DNA of 64,000 bases from Verrucomicrobiota bacterium (GTDB lineage: Bacteria > Verrucomicrobiota > Verrucomicrobiia > Verrucomicrobiales > DEV007). Below the pieces are notes generated by a model. It did not search any database. It was not told the DNA's origin and was given only the letters and a program-made list of their open reading frames with translations. The position numbers were made by a program, and so were the translations under genes. How positions within the stretch are numbered: the stretch's first letter is position 1; each line of letters begins with the position of its first letter. Shown in pieces: positions 28,539 to 38,853 of the stretch. Location of the stretch: assembly GCA_045046875.1 (NCBI GenBank), contig JASFYY010000038.1:20553-84552 (forward strand), given 5' to 3'.

Positions 28539-29954
28539 TCATTTCACCTCGCCCATCTCCTTCAGTTTACGCTGCAAAGTCCGGCGACTGATGCCCAGCA
28601 AACGAGCCGCTTCAGTGCGGTTGCCATCGGTACGATCCAAAGCCTTCCTGATATAACGCTGCTCCACATCACTAAGATTCAACGCATCATCAGCCAATAC
28701 AGAGTCTTCACCGCCAAATCCCTGCGCGCGCCGTTCCCCCAGCCCAACTGTCAATCGCCCCACAACTCCTGCTGACTCCTTCACAAACTGCGGCAAATGC
28801 CGCAAGGTGATTTTCGGGCCATTGCTCATCACCACCCCATGCTCGATCGCCGTGCGCAATTCACGCACATTGCCCGGCCAATCGTATTCGATCAAGCGCT
28901 GCAAAGCATCCGCTGTCAACTCGCGGTAAGGTTTGTTGTTCTCTTCCGCAAACTCCCGCAAAAACGCTTCACTCAACAAAACGATATCCTCTTTGCGACT
29001 GCGCAAAGGCGGCATCTCGATCCGAATCACATTGAGACGAAAATACAAATCATCCCGGAACTCCCCCTCTTCGACCAAAGTCGCCAGATTTTTGTTAGTC
29101 GCTGCGATCACCCTCACATCCACTTTGATCACCTGGTTACCACCCACCCGCTGAATCGTGCGCTCCCCCAGCGCTCGCAACAACTTCACCTGAGTATTAC
29201 CGTCAATCTCACCGATTTCGTCAAGAAACAAGGTGCCGCCGTCGGCCTCTTCAAAACGCCCCTTGCGCCGCTCGGTCGCCCCGGTGAACGCTCCACGTTC
29301 ATGGCCGAACAATTCACTCTCTAACAACTGCGGACTCAGCGCCGCGCAATGCACGATCGTCAGTTTTGATTTCGGCCGCCCACTCAGATTATGTATCGAA
29401 TGCGCAATCAGCTCCTTACCCGTGCCGCTTTCCCCCTCAATCAATACCGTCGCTTTGGTCGCCGCCACCTGCTGCACCGTCTCAAACACCGGATGCATCA
29501 CTGGAGAACTACCAATGATGTTCTCCATCGAAAATTTCTTTTCGACCTGACGTTTTAAAGAGGCATTCTCACTCTCCACACTACGACTGCGAATCGCCCG
29601 TTTGATCACCAGCTCCAACTCATCGATGTTCAACGGTTTACTGACATAATCGTAAGCTCCTCGTTTCATCGCCTCCACCGCAATATCAACCGACCCATAA
29701 GCAGTCATCATGATGCACACCGGCGCTTTGGGTATTTTCAAAGCTTCGGCGATCAATTCCATACCATCCTCACCGCCCAAACGAAGATCGGTCACCATCA
29801 CCTCAACCGATTCACTGCGCAAAATCTCCAAGGCCTCTGCCCGATTGGCTGCCACATAAATATCAAACTCATCCTCAAACGAACGTCGCAACCCGTCGCG
29901 GGTGTTTTTTTCATCATCGACGATGAGCACAATGGTATCCTCAAGATCAGTCAT
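28539..29954 (-). CDS. Sigma-54-dependent response regulator (NtrC/AtoC family)
   Basis: REC domain [47 protein letters not shown]; Fis HTH. Confidence 0.95.
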   Translation of the reverse strand: MTDLEDTIVLIVDDEKNTRDGLRRSFEDEFDIYVAANRAEALEILRSESVEVMVTDLRLGGEDGMELIAEALKIPKAPVCIMMTAYGSVDIAVEAMKRGAYDYVSKPLNIDELELVIKRAIRSRSVESENASLKRQVEKKFSMENIIGSSPVMHPVFETVQQVAATKATVLIEGESGTGKELIAHSIHNLSGRPKSKLTIVHCAALSPQLLESELFGHERGAFTGATERRKGRFEEADGGTLFLDEIGEIDGNTQVKLLRALGERTIQRVGGNQVIKVDVRVIAATNKNLATLVEEGEFRDDLYFRLNVIRIEMPPLRSRKEDIVLLSEAFLREFAEENNKPYRELTADALQRLIEYDWPGNVRELRTAIEHGVVMSNGPKITLRHLPQFVKESAGVVGRLTVGLGERRAQGFGGEDSVLADDALNLSDVEQRYIRKALDRTDGNRTEAARLLGISRRTLQRKLKEMGEVK

Positions 29955-31185
29955 CACTCCTTATTTCATCCTCCACGATTTGTTCGTCGATCCACTCCAC
30001 CTCGATCACTTCACCACTATCAGCGTCGCTCTCATCCGGACCTGACAAAAGGCGCATACGCTTATCTATCCTCGGCAAATAAATAGTAACAGCGGCTCCC
30101 TTGCCCTGCTCACTATCAAACTCAACCTCCCCACCATGCTCGCGCACAATGCGTCGCACGATCATCAAACCCAGGCCCGATCCCGCTTTCTTAGTCGTGA
30201 AGTAAGGCTCGAACACCTTGCCCACCTGCTCCGCCGTCACCCCCTGGCCGGTATCGGCAATGCGGATACTCACATTGTAATCATCGCGATCCACCTCAAT
30301 CTGCAACTCACCGTCCGAGCCAATAGCCTGACAAGCATTGCGAATCAAATTATACAAAACCTGTTTCATTTGGTCTCGATCCAAAGGCAACTTCGGCACT
30401 TCCGGATTCAACTCCAACTTCACCACAATGCCACGATCTTCTATTTCACCCGCCAAAAACTTCACCGCCTGACTCACCAGCTCATTCAGGTCCACCAACT
30501 CAGTTCGCAATTGGCTGGGACGCACCGCATTGAGAAATTTTTCCACAATCAGATCCAAGCGAGTGATTTCACTACGCGCAACATCGAGTAACTCATTCAC
30601 CTCCTTGCGCAAATCCGGATCTTCCACCTTCTTCAATTTCCGCTGCACCAGTTGCAAGTGGATGTTCAGCGAATTCAAAGGATTGCCGATCTCATGCGCC
30701 ACCCCCGCTGCCAACATCGTCAACGCATTCATCTTTTCAGATTCGATTTCCTCCTCCCTCATCTGCCGTGATTGGGTAGTATCACGTAGCAGCAAAACAA
30801 AACCCTCCAGCTCCCCTTGTTTCTCATCCCGCAAAGGAGCGACATAAAAATTGATATACCGATTCTCCGGATAAAACACCTCGAGGTCGCGATTAACCAC
30901 CCTGCCTGACTTGGTCAGCTGCTCCCAATCCAGGCCCCTCACTTTCGAAACAATCGGCTGACCAATGGCATCCTTGCGATCAAAGCCGAACAACTCACCC
31001 GCCGCCAGATTCAAATAGTGAATCAATCCGTCTTCATCGGTAACGATCACCCCCTCGCGCAGGGCATCAAAAACCTTTTCCAAAAAACCCATTTCCTGCA
31101 CAATCCGCAGCACATGCCCTTGCAACTCCTCCGGCCCCACCCGATCCACATGATCAATAAATTTGTCGATAAATCGTGATTTCAT
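29947..31185 (-). CDS. Cytoplasmic PAS-domain sensor histidine kinase
   Basis: PAS; AHEIGNPL H-box, NLIRNA, DTGQG, FTTKKAGSGLGL; overlaps the regulator start. Confidence 0.93.
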   Translation of the reverse strand: MKSRFIDKFIDHVDRVGPEELQGHVLRIVQEMGFLEKVFDALREGVIVTDEDGLIHYLNLAAGELFGFDRKDAIGQPIVSKVRGLDWEQLTKSGRVVNRDLEVFYPENRYINFYVAPLRDEKQGELEGFVLLLRDTTQSRQMREEEIESEKMNALTMLAAGVAHEIGNPLNSLNIHLQLVQRKLKKVEDPDLRKEVNELLDVARSEITRLDLIVEKFLNAVRPSQLRTELVDLNELVSQAVKFLAGEIEDRGIVVKLELNPEVPKLPLDRDQMKQVLYNLIRNACQAIGSDGELQIEVDRDDYNVSIRIADTGQGVTAEQVGKVFEPYFTTKKAGSGLGLMIVRRIVREHGGEVEFDSEQGKGAAVTIYLPRIDKRMRLLSGPDESDADSGEVIEVEWIDEQIVEDEIRSDD

Positions 31186-31200
31186 GTGTTATCTTTTACC

Positions 31201-31527
31201 ATGGCTAAAGATCAATACCTCCTCATCCTGACCACTTTCCCCGACATCGAAGCGGCGCGTCAAATTGGCACACTTCTAATCGAATTGCAAATTGCCGCCT
31301 GCGTCAATTTGTTACCCGCCTCCCAGTCCATCTATCGTTGGAAAGGCAAGATTGAAAACAAAACCGAAGTACCGGTATTGATCAAAACCACCAACAACAA
31401 CTACTCCGCCGTCGAAAGCCACATCCGCGAAGCCCACCCCGACCAAGTCCCCGAAATCATCGCCATGCCCATCACCCACGGCTCCCCCGACTACCTCGCC
31501 TGGATCTCCGAATCCACCTTCGACTGA
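31201..31527 (+). CDS. cutA: Divalent-cation tolerance protein CutA
   Basis: TTFPD, IAACVN, SIYRWKGKIE, HP.QVPEIIA, YLAWI. Confidence 0.93.
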   Translation: MAKDQYLLILTTFPDIEAARQIGTLLIELQIAACVNLLPASQSIYRWKGKIENKTEVPVLIKTTNNNYSAVESHIREAHPDQVPEIIAMPITHGSPDYLAWISESTFD

Positions 31528-31577
31528 GCCGCAGCCCCCACCCATCAACAACACAACAACTTTCCCGCTAGAGGCCT

Positions 31578-31605
31578 GACCCTTTGAAATAGACCCTTTG
31601 AAATA
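31578..31605 (+). repeat. 14-bp direct tandem repeat
   Basis: gaccctttgaaata twice, preceded by ggcct; cctgaccc resembles the reverse complement of the ggggtcagg motif near 36995. Confidence 0.55.
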
Positions 31606-31839
31606 TTGGAAATCTTTGCGTGATACGGCTCCGATTACGCCTTCAACCAGCCCACGCAGCCCATCAATCCATTTCTACACAACAAAAGTTTTGGCATGAG
31701 GTCTGACCTCATCCAATTATGAAATTTGATTCGATCTTCTGCACTTTTTCCAAATGCTAGCAGAAAGCCCACTTCCTCACAGGCAGTCAAGATGACTGCT
31801 TGAAAATGCCTCCATTCTCGCTTATGAAAGGCAATATTT

Positions 31840-32595
31840 ATGACTGCAGATAACAGCAATCCGCTCTGGCAAGGGCTCAGTGCAAGCGCACAGAAGGCCT
31901 TGCAGACCCGTGACTACGCAAAAGCCGATCTCGCCACCCGTCTCGCTACCACCGGAGTAGAAGCGGCCGAACTGGCTACCGATCAGGCCGGACCCAAAGC
32001 CGGACTCGAAAACGCTTGGATTCCCGGTGTAGAAATCTTTCACCGCCCCGTCTACCAGCAGCGTCACCGAGGCTGGTTCGCCGAATTTTCCCGCGAAAAC
32101 GAAGGCCGCCTTAATGACATCGGTCTGTGGCCCCAACAGTGGGCCACCGCCACCATGTTCGCCAATACCGCCAAAGGCTTTCACATCCACCCACCTTCGA
32201 TCCCGGAAGGGATCTCCCCCGCTGACTGGTTCCAAAAATTATATATCGAAGAACCGCAGTCTTATCAAGAGCGCCCCTATGCCCGCGAGCAATGGGACGC
32301 GATGTTTTTTGTCCAAGGCACCATCGAATTTTTCCTCGTCGAAGAGCGTGTCGGTCTGCCGCGCCGCGTGATGCGCTTCATCATCGAAGGCGACAATCGT
32401 CCCGGAGGCAGCAACATCGGACTGGTCATCCCGTCCGGAGTCGCCCACGCCCTGCGCTGCGCCAGCTCCGAGAACGTCATTATGGTTTACGGCACCAGCA
32501 CCTCCTTCGAACCCAGCTTCGAAGGCCGCCTCGCCAGCGATGTGGAAGAATCCCTGTTGCCCGAAGATTGGAAAACATACATCGAAAAAGGCTAA
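31840..32595 (+). CDS. RmlC-like cupin (dTDP-4-dehydrorhamnose 3,5-epimerase family)
   Basis: IPGVEI...RGWFAE...AKGFHIH...IPSGVAHA. Confidence 0.65.
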   Translation: MTADNSNPLWQGLSASAQKALQTRDYAKADLATRLATTGVEAAELATDQAGPKAGLENAWIPGVEIFHRPVYQQRHRGWFAEFSRENEGRLNDIGLWPQQWATATMFANTAKGFHIHPPSIPEGISPADWFQKLYIEEPQSYQERPYAREQWDAMFFVQGTIEFFLVEERVGLPRRVMRFIIEGDNRPGGSNIGLVIPSGVAHALRCASSENVIMVYGTSTSFEPSFEGRLASDVEESLLPEDWKTYIEKG

Positions 32596-32675
32596 GGAGC
32601 CTCTGTCATTCCCCGGCATTTTGGTCTTTTCACCATTAAGTCTCTTCACTCCGGTATTAAAATCACATTATTGTT

Positions 32676-34580
32676 ATGGCTGAAAAACTCGCCCATCGGA
32701 AAATCTCTCACAAAGAGGTCGGCGGCATGTCCGCGGCAGAATACCGCGCCCACGCCAAGCTGGTTTATTTGCGTTTGCTCAGTTACGTCAAACCTCACAA
32801 AATGCGCTTCGCTATGGGAGTGTTTTTCGGGGTCGTATCGGGATTATTTTATTCGATACTCTTCCTAGTGATCCGAGTGGTATTTGATCTGGTATTAAAT
32901 CCAAACTCCGACAAAGTTATTCGACCTTTTGAGGGATTTAAGTTCAAATTCGGGCAAAATTTCGAGTTCACCCCTCCGGCTTTCATTACCGAACACGACT
33001 TGATATTCACTGCATTTGTGTGTGGCCTAGTTCCCTTGCTGATGCTGATCAAAGGCCTGCTCACCTACCTGCACATGTATTATATGTTATGGATAGGGAA
33101 TAAAGTGCTTTTCCGGCTGCGCGATGAATCTTTCGGCAATCTGGTCAACCAATCGCTCAAGTTTTACAGCCACGCCCGTCAAGGTGAGCTGATGCAAACC
33201 GTCTTTAACCAAACCCGCATGGCCTCCTCCGCAGGAACCGATCTCGCTTCAGCAATGATCAAGCATCCAGTTTCTGTCATCACCATCCTGGCGATGCTGC
33301 TGCTGAAAAATCCTGTTTACACCTTCGGTGCGGTGGTGGTTTTCCCGCTCTGTTTGCTGCCGGTCATCTATATCAGCAGAAAAGTCCGCAAAGCAGGAGG
33401 CAAAGAAGAAGAAGAGGCAGGCATGCTGATGGTCACCATGCAGGAAGCCTTTTCAGGCATCAAGGTAGTTAAAGCCCACGCCCGTGAAGACTTTGAAAGC
33501 AACCGCTTCAATAAAGCCAGCCAGAGAATGCTGGACTTCATCATGCGCTGGCGCAAAGCGATCGAAATCGTCGGGCCGCTGGTGGAAACCGTCGCTTCAG
33601 TAGGCATCGCCGTCGGTTTGGTTTACGCCAAAATGACGGGCATGCCGACCAAGGATTTTCTAGTCCTGAACTTCATGCTGATGGCAATGTACCCGCACGC
33701 CAAAGCCCTTTCCAGAATCCAAGTCTCACTGCAAAAATGTATCGTCGCTACCTCGAAGGTATTTGAAATCATCGACATGAAACCCGATGTGGCAGATGCC
33801 CCGGACGCCATCAAACTGAAAAAACCCGAAGGCCCCCTGGTATTCAACGACGTTTCATTCGCCTACGTCCCCGGCACTCCCGCCGTGGAAAATGTCTCGC
33901 TCACCTTTGAACCTGGGAAATTTTATGCCCTGGTCGGCAAAAGCGGGTCCGGAAAATCGACCATGTTGTCGCTGATGATGCGTTTTTACGATCCCACGTC
34001 CGGATCCATTTCACTGGGTGACACCGACATCCGCAAATACACCCAGAGCTCCCTACGCGACCAAATGGGGCTGGTTCTGCAAGAAACCTTCCTGTTTCAC
34101 GATTCGATCTACAACAACATCCTCTACGGCCGCCTCGACGCGACCAAGGATGAAGTTGTCGCCGCGGCAAAAATGGCACACTCCCATGAGTTCATCATGG
34201 AAAAAGAAAAAGGCTACGACACCGTCTGCGGCGACAAAGGTGCCCAGCTCTCCGGTGGGCAGCAGCAACGCCTCTCCATCGCTCGCTCTATCCTACGCAA
34301 TGCTCCGATTCTACTGCTGGACGAGGCCATGTCCTCTCTGGATTCTGAATCAGAAAAAAAAGTTCAGGAAGCAATCGAAAAACTCGAAAAAGGCAAAACC
34401 GTAATCGCCATCGCCCACCGCCTCTCAACCATCCTCAATGCCGATCAGATCATCGTCATGGATCAAGGACGAGTCGAAGCCGTCGGACCTCATAAAGAAC
34501 TACTGGAGAAATCAGCCATCTACAAAAACCTCTACAATCTGCAATTTCACAATCATCAGGAAAAAACTACCCCTTCCTAG
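32676..34580 (+). CDS. MsbA-like ABC exporter (TMD plus NBD)
   Basis: Six TM segments; GKSGSGKS, LSGGQQQR, LLLDEA, IAHRLST. Confidence 0.9.
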   Translation: MAEKLAHRKISHKEVGGMSAAEYRAHAKLVYLRLLSYVKPHKMRFAMGVFFGVVSGLFYSILFLVIRVVFDLVLNPNSDKVIRPFEGFKFKFGQNFEFTPPAFITEHDLIFTAFVCGLVPLLMLIKGLLTYLHMYYMLWIGNKVLFRLRDESFGNLVNQSLKFYSHARQGELMQTVFNQTRMASSAGTDLASAMIKHPVSVITILAMLLLKNPVYTFGAVVVFPLCLLPVIYISRKVRKAGGKEEEEAGMLMVTMQEAFSGIKVVKAHAREDFESNRFNKASQRMLDFIMRWRKAIEIVGPLVETVASVGIAVGLVYAKMTGMPTKDFLVLNFMLMAMYPHAKALSRIQVSLQKCIVATSKVFEIIDMKPDVADAPDAIKLKKPEGPLVFNDVSFAYVPGTPAVENVSLTFEPGKFYALVGKSGSGKSTMLSLMMRFYDPTSGSISLGDTDIRKYTQSSLRDQMGLVLQETFLFHDSIYNNILYGRLDATKDEVVAAAKMAHSHEFIMEKEKGYDTVCGDKGAQLSGGQQQRLSIARSILRNAPILLLDEAMSSLDSESEKKVQEAIEKLEKGKTVIAIAHRLSTILNADQIIVMDQGRVEAVGPHKELLEKSAIYKNLYNLQFHNHQEKTTPS

Positions 34581-34621
34581 TCACATTGTGATATAGTGCC
34601 GACCCGCACATTCAGACCAAC

Positions 34622-35011
34622 ATGACCACCCTCACCAGTCCCGACATTTCATCCTCCCGCCACACTGATCTTTTGGAGGGAACAGGCATCTCCCTGTCCT
34701 CTCGTTGGTCCTCCGGTGGTTATGAAAAGGAAGTCGTCGATGCCGTTTGGGAGCTGGCAGAAAAGATCGAAGGCAATGATTGCGCCCTGTGGCGCAAAGA
34801 CGAATGTGGCGCCTGGATCAACAAACTCGAATACGGCAAACGCCATTCTTCTTTTGGCTGGGAGATCTGTGACCTCAGTCTCGGACGCCGCCCCGGCACC
34901 CTCAGTGCCCTGCGCCCGATGCAGTGGGAAAATTACGTTGATCACATCGCAGCGATCACCCAAAGCCGGGTCACAGCCGACGGTCTGCGCAATGTTAGAA
35001 AATTAATCTGA
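34622..35011 (+). CDS. Hypothetical protein, degenerate HNH-endonuclease-like
   Basis: AVWE...WRKDECGAWI...YG...GWEICD...LRPMQWEN; the expected DH dyad is missing. Confidence 0.6.
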   Translation: MTTLTSPDISSSRHTDLLEGTGISLSSRWSSGGYEKEVVDAVWELAEKIEGNDCALWRKDECGAWINKLEYGKRHSSFGWEICDLSLGRRPGTLSALRPMQWENYVDHIAAITQSRVTADGLRNVRKLI

Positions 35012-35088
35012 CTCCAAAAGCCCTCAAGGCAAATCCTCCGACGCCCCGGCTACTCAAACCCCATTCACTCACGCGCCAGAAACCCAAA

Positions 35089-36963
35089 ATGCAGAACTTT
35101 TTCCGCGTCGCCCTATCTGCTTTCCTGAGACTTTTCTATAAAATCGATTCCACTCACATGGATCGACTACCCAAAAACGGTGGTGTGTTGATGATCGCCA
35201 ATCATGTCAGTTACATCGACTGGCTGGTGCTCAGCCTGGCCTGCCCCCGCCCCATTCGCTTCATCCTCAACGAACGTTTTGTCAACATGCCTATCGCCGG
35301 CTGGTTCACCCGACTGTTTTCCAGCCTGCCAGTCGATCCACGCCGCACCCGTGCTGTGATTCGCAAAACCTGTGAAGCGATCAGCAACGGTGACATTGTC
35401 TGCATCTTTCCCGAAGGCCAACTCTCCCGCAGCGGAGTGATGAACGAATTGATCAAAGGGTTCACCCTGATCGCCTCACAAGCCAAAGCCCCGATCCAAC
35501 CCGTTTATATCGACTCCATGTGGGGCTCGGTTTTCTCCTTCGAACGCAACCGCTTCTTCAAAAAACGCCCGCTGCACCTGCGCTATCCCGTCACCATCAA
35601 CCTAGGCGAACTCATCCCCTACGAAAACGCCAGCCCGGAAGCCGCTCGCGAAGCCCTGCTCGCCCTGTCAGCAGAATCGCTGGGCAACCGCCCCGAAATA
35701 AAACAACCGCTCGACCGCGCATTGGTCAGCGCCTTGAAAAAACGTCCCGGTGCCGTCTGTCTGATCGAGCAAGGTAAAAAAAAGCACGCGCTCAAACGAG
35801 AACAAATCCTCGGACTCTCCATCGCCCTGTCCCGTTATTGGAAAACAAGCCTGGCCGATACGTCCGACAAGGTCGCTGTCTTCCTGCCCCCCGGAGCCGC
35901 CCCGACCTACATCAATCTCGGACTCATGATCGCCGGCAAAACACCCGTCAATCTGCCCTTCCAGCATCAACCCGATTTGGATCAACTGGCCGCCAAACTC
36001 GACCAGCACGGCATCACCACCCTGATCACCTCGCGCGCCTTTTTCCCTCAACTCGAAGCCTTGTTGCAATCGGAAAAACCCGCCTACCACTTGCTCGACA
36101 TGCGCAGCGAGATCGACGCAGCCAGCGGAATCCGAGTGATGATGGAACGCCTGCTCGCCCGCTTCGAACCCTTGTGGTCCACCCTCAAACGACTGGAGCT
36201 GGAAGACGGCTCCGACAAACAACAGCAAGCAAGCTTCGCTTTTGTGCCCCAAGTCTATCCTGCCCTGAGCACCAGCTCCGCAAAATCGCCAAAAACAGAT
36301 TTTGGTGAAACGATATTTTTATCTGCCAGCAACATCCTCGCCCAAGTCCATCAACTGCGTTCCATCAACTTCCTGACCACTGGCGAGACCATCTTCAGCG
36401 AATCCCCGCTCAATACCATCGAAGGCGCCATGTTCTCACTGTTTCTACCGGTATTTTCACACACCGCCGCCGCCATGCGCTCCTTCGGCCGCCAAACCCA
36501 GGGTGACTCCATCGAAAGCATCCTGCGCGAAAGCTCAGCCTCAAGCATTCTCTTAACTGCCAAGCTACGCCAACAGATCCTCGCCGAAGAAAGCTGGCAC
36601 CCGCAACTGAAAAAACAAATACGCCAGTTCCTCAGCTTCCAACTCCCCCCGGATACCAGCAACCTCACCCTCGCCGATCACACCGGCACCCCCGTATTGC
36701 AAGCCTACGCCCCCACCGACCTCGGGCGCATCCTCGCAGTCAGCATGGTCAATCCGCCGCGCGGTTCCGCCGTCAGCTTGGAACAACACGGCAACCTTCC
36801 CAATGCCGTAGGCAGACTGCTACCCGGCATCGCCGCGTCCCACACCGAAACTTGGAATCTGCAAAGCCCCACTCTCTCCGACCAGAAAAAACGTTACCCC
36901 TTGCCCACCGGCAGCCACATCGATAAAGAAGGTTTTGTTTTCCTCGACACGGAAGATACGTGA
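35089..36963 (+). CDS. Aas-like protein: PlsC acyltransferase plus degenerate AMP-binding domain
   Basis: NHVSYID and FPEGQLSR acyltransferase motifs; remnants AGKTPVNL, NIL, VGRLLPG, IDKEGF; no TSG-x-TG-x-PKG. Confidence 0.8.
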   Translation: MQNFFRVALSAFLRLFYKIDSTHMDRLPKNGGVLMIANHVSYIDWLVLSLACPRPIRFILNERFVNMPIAGWFTRLFSSLPVDPRRTRAVIRKTCEAISNGDIVCIFPEGQLSRSGVMNELIKGFTLIASQAKAPIQPVYIDSMWGSVFSFERNRFFKKRPLHLRYPVTINLGELIPYENASPEAAREALLALSAESLGNRPEIKQPLDRALVSALKKRPGAVCLIEQGKKKHALKREQILGLSIALSRYWKTSLADTSDKVAVFLPPGAAPTYINLGLMIAGKTPVNLPFQHQPDLDQLAAKLDQHGITTLITSRAFFPQLEALLQSEKPAYHLLDMRSEIDAASGIRVMMERLLARFEPLWSTLKRLELEDGSDKQQQASFAFVPQVYPALSTSSAKSPKTDFGETIFLSASNILAQVHQLRSINFLTTGETIFSESPLNTIEGAMFSLFLPVFSHTAAAMRSFGRQTQGDSIESILRESSASSILLTAKLRQQILAEESWHPQLKKQIRQFLSFQLPPDTSNLTLADHTGTPVLQAYAPTDLGRILAVSMVNPPRGSAVSLEQHGNLPNAVGRLLPGIAASHTETWNLQSPTLSDQKKRYPLPTGSHIDKEGFVFLDTEDT

Positions 36964-36982
36964 GGAAAATGGGGAAAATGGG

Positions 36983-37172
36983 GTCAGGGAAATGGGGTCA
37001 GGCAACAATTCTTGACAAATGCCCCCGCCATCCTCTTCACATCATTGCTCCAACCTACCGACCTCCATATAAAACCCGTCAGGGAAATGGGGTCAGGCAA
37101 CAATTCTTGACAAATGCCCCCGCCATCCTCTTCACATCATTGCTCCAACCTACCGACCTCCATATAAAACCC
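36983..37172 (+). repeat. Perfect 95-bp tandem duplication
   Basis: 36983-37077 is identical to 37078-37172; begins in aaatggggtcagg units. Confidence 0.9.
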
Positions 37173-37930
37173 GGTGAATCCATACCTCTTCAACAAATCT
37201 TCAGCCGCTAAACTTTCTTCCCCTCTCAAGGGATCTCCGATCTGAAAAAGCTCACCTTCCTTTCCCAGAATCGCAATAAAGTGACCCACTTTACCCAAAC
37301 GTACTCCGGCAATCGCAGGAAAATTAACCTCCGCATCCAAGCCCTCACCGTGTCGGAATCGAACCGTCACCCCTCTTTTTCTCAGCGCCCGGGCCAAATA
37401 CCAAGCTTCGGTTCCTCCCATATACGAATGAGCTTCAGCCGCCAACTGCGATTCCGTGACCTCCACTCCTAATGCTTTTAGAATCGTAGCACCAGAAGCC
37501 GCGCCGCAGGTTGATGATGTGCTCTGCAGGCAGACTCTCTCCATTCCACAAATCCGTCATCCGTCCCTTGGGAATAGGCCCCATAAAAGGTTTGCTGAAC
37601 GGAACAAGAGTAAACACCACCACAAACAACAAAAGGTAGGGTGAGAAAAATCCGTGGCAGCAGCGCAGCAAACAGCCCCCCGCAAATCCCAATAAATACG
37701 ATCAACACCTCTGTGCCAGGCACGCTCCTAAATTGATAATAACCACTCGACTCGGGAAAAAGGTGAACGTAATAAATAGCAAAACTCGCACCCGGCAGAG
37801 CCAACACCATCGACAGCAAGACCAAAGCTGCCCGCCTCTTGAACTCCAATTTTTGCCCATAACGATAAGCAACAGAAAAAGCAGCAAACGCTAACAACGC
37901 AAAAAAAACACCCAGCCAATTAGGATTCAT
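37137..37930 (-). pseudogene. Membrane-anchored C39 family cysteine peptidase with two apparent +1 frameshifts
   Basis: TM N-terminus (frame A) to LLFVVVFTLVPFSKPF...LWNGE (frame B) to VCLQSTSSTCGAAS...GHF...IGDP (frame C); shifts near 37632 and 37537. Confidence 0.75.
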
Positions 37931-37942
37931 TTTTCAGGTGCA

Positions 37943-38833
37943 TCAATAATCCCTCGCTAACAAATAGTCGGCAATTTCTCTCAACCGTTGCCCGCGTTTG
38001 CCAAAAATTTCCAGGGCCTGCATTGCTTTTGCGGTCAGTCTTTGGGCTTCCAACTTGGATTTTTCCAAACCCATCAGAGACGGATAGGTCGCCTTATCGG
38101 CTGCCTCATCCTTACCCGCGCTCTTACCCAACTTCTCCGACGTTTGCGTCACATCCAGAATATCGTCAATCACCTGAAAGGCCAAACCCAGCGACTGACC
38201 AAAAACCGTTAGCGCCTCCAACTTCTTAGCCGTGGCATTGGCGCTCATTCCGCCATAACGAATGGAAGTCGTCAGCAAAGCTGCGGTTTTGCCCATGTGA
38301 ATGCGTTTCAACTGAGCCAATGTCAGGCTCGCCCCCTTGCCCTCACCTTCCAAATCCAACACCTGCCCGGCGATCAATTTGCGACTGCCCGAAGTCTCCG
38401 CCAACTCCCGCACCAGTACCGCTGTGCCATAGCGCGGCTGCGGCTTGGCAGCTGCCACCATTTCAAAAGCAATCGTCAACAAAGCGTCGCCTGCCAGCAC
38501 GGCAATGCCTTCACCGTATTTTTTGTGACTGGTGGGATTGCCACGACGAAAATCATCATCATCCATGCAAGGCAAATCATCGTGGATCAACGAGTAGGTG
38601 TGCAAACTTTCCACCGCTGCGGCCAGTGGAAGTGCATCCGCTTCATCTCCCCCGCAGGCTTCAGCCGCGGCCAGGCAAAGAATCGGTCGCAGGCGTTTGC
38701 CGCCGGCAAAAATGCTGTAGCGCATCGCCTGATGAATCGTCGCCGGACTGGCATTGGCCGCTGGCAATCGTTGCCGCAACTCACGATCGATCAACTTTTG
38801 TTTCTCTGAAAGATAAGCCTTGAGGGTTTTCAT
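37943..38833 (-). CDS. ispA: Polyprenyl (FPP/GGPP) synthase
   Basis: GGKRLRP, SLIHDDLPCMDDDDFRRG, GQVLDL, KT, FQVIDDILD, GKSAGKD. Confidence 0.93.
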   Translation of the reverse strand: MKTLKAYLSEKQKLIDRELRQRLPAANASPATIHQAMRYSIFAGGKRLRPILCLAAAEACGGDEADALPLAAAVESLHTYSLIHDDLPCMDDDDFRRGNPTSHKKYGEGIAVLAGDALLTIAFEMVAAAKPQPRYGTAVLVRELAETSGSRKLIAGQVLDLEGEGKGASLTLAQLKRIHMGKTAALLTTSIRYGGMSANATAKKLEALTVFGQSLGLAFQVIDDILDVTQTSEKLGKSAGKDEAADKATYPSLMGLEKSKLEAQRLTAKAMQALEIFGKRGQRLREIADYLLARDY

Positions 38834-38853
38834 CGTCACTAATTTTAAATCGA

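Noticed and set aside
31635..31859. 74-aa minus-strand ORF in an AT-richer intergenic stretch
   Set aside because: No recognisable motif and it overlaps the start of the RmlC-like gene
36960..37211. 83-aa ORF with internally repeated sequence
   Set aside because: Product of the 95-bp duplication, not a credible gene
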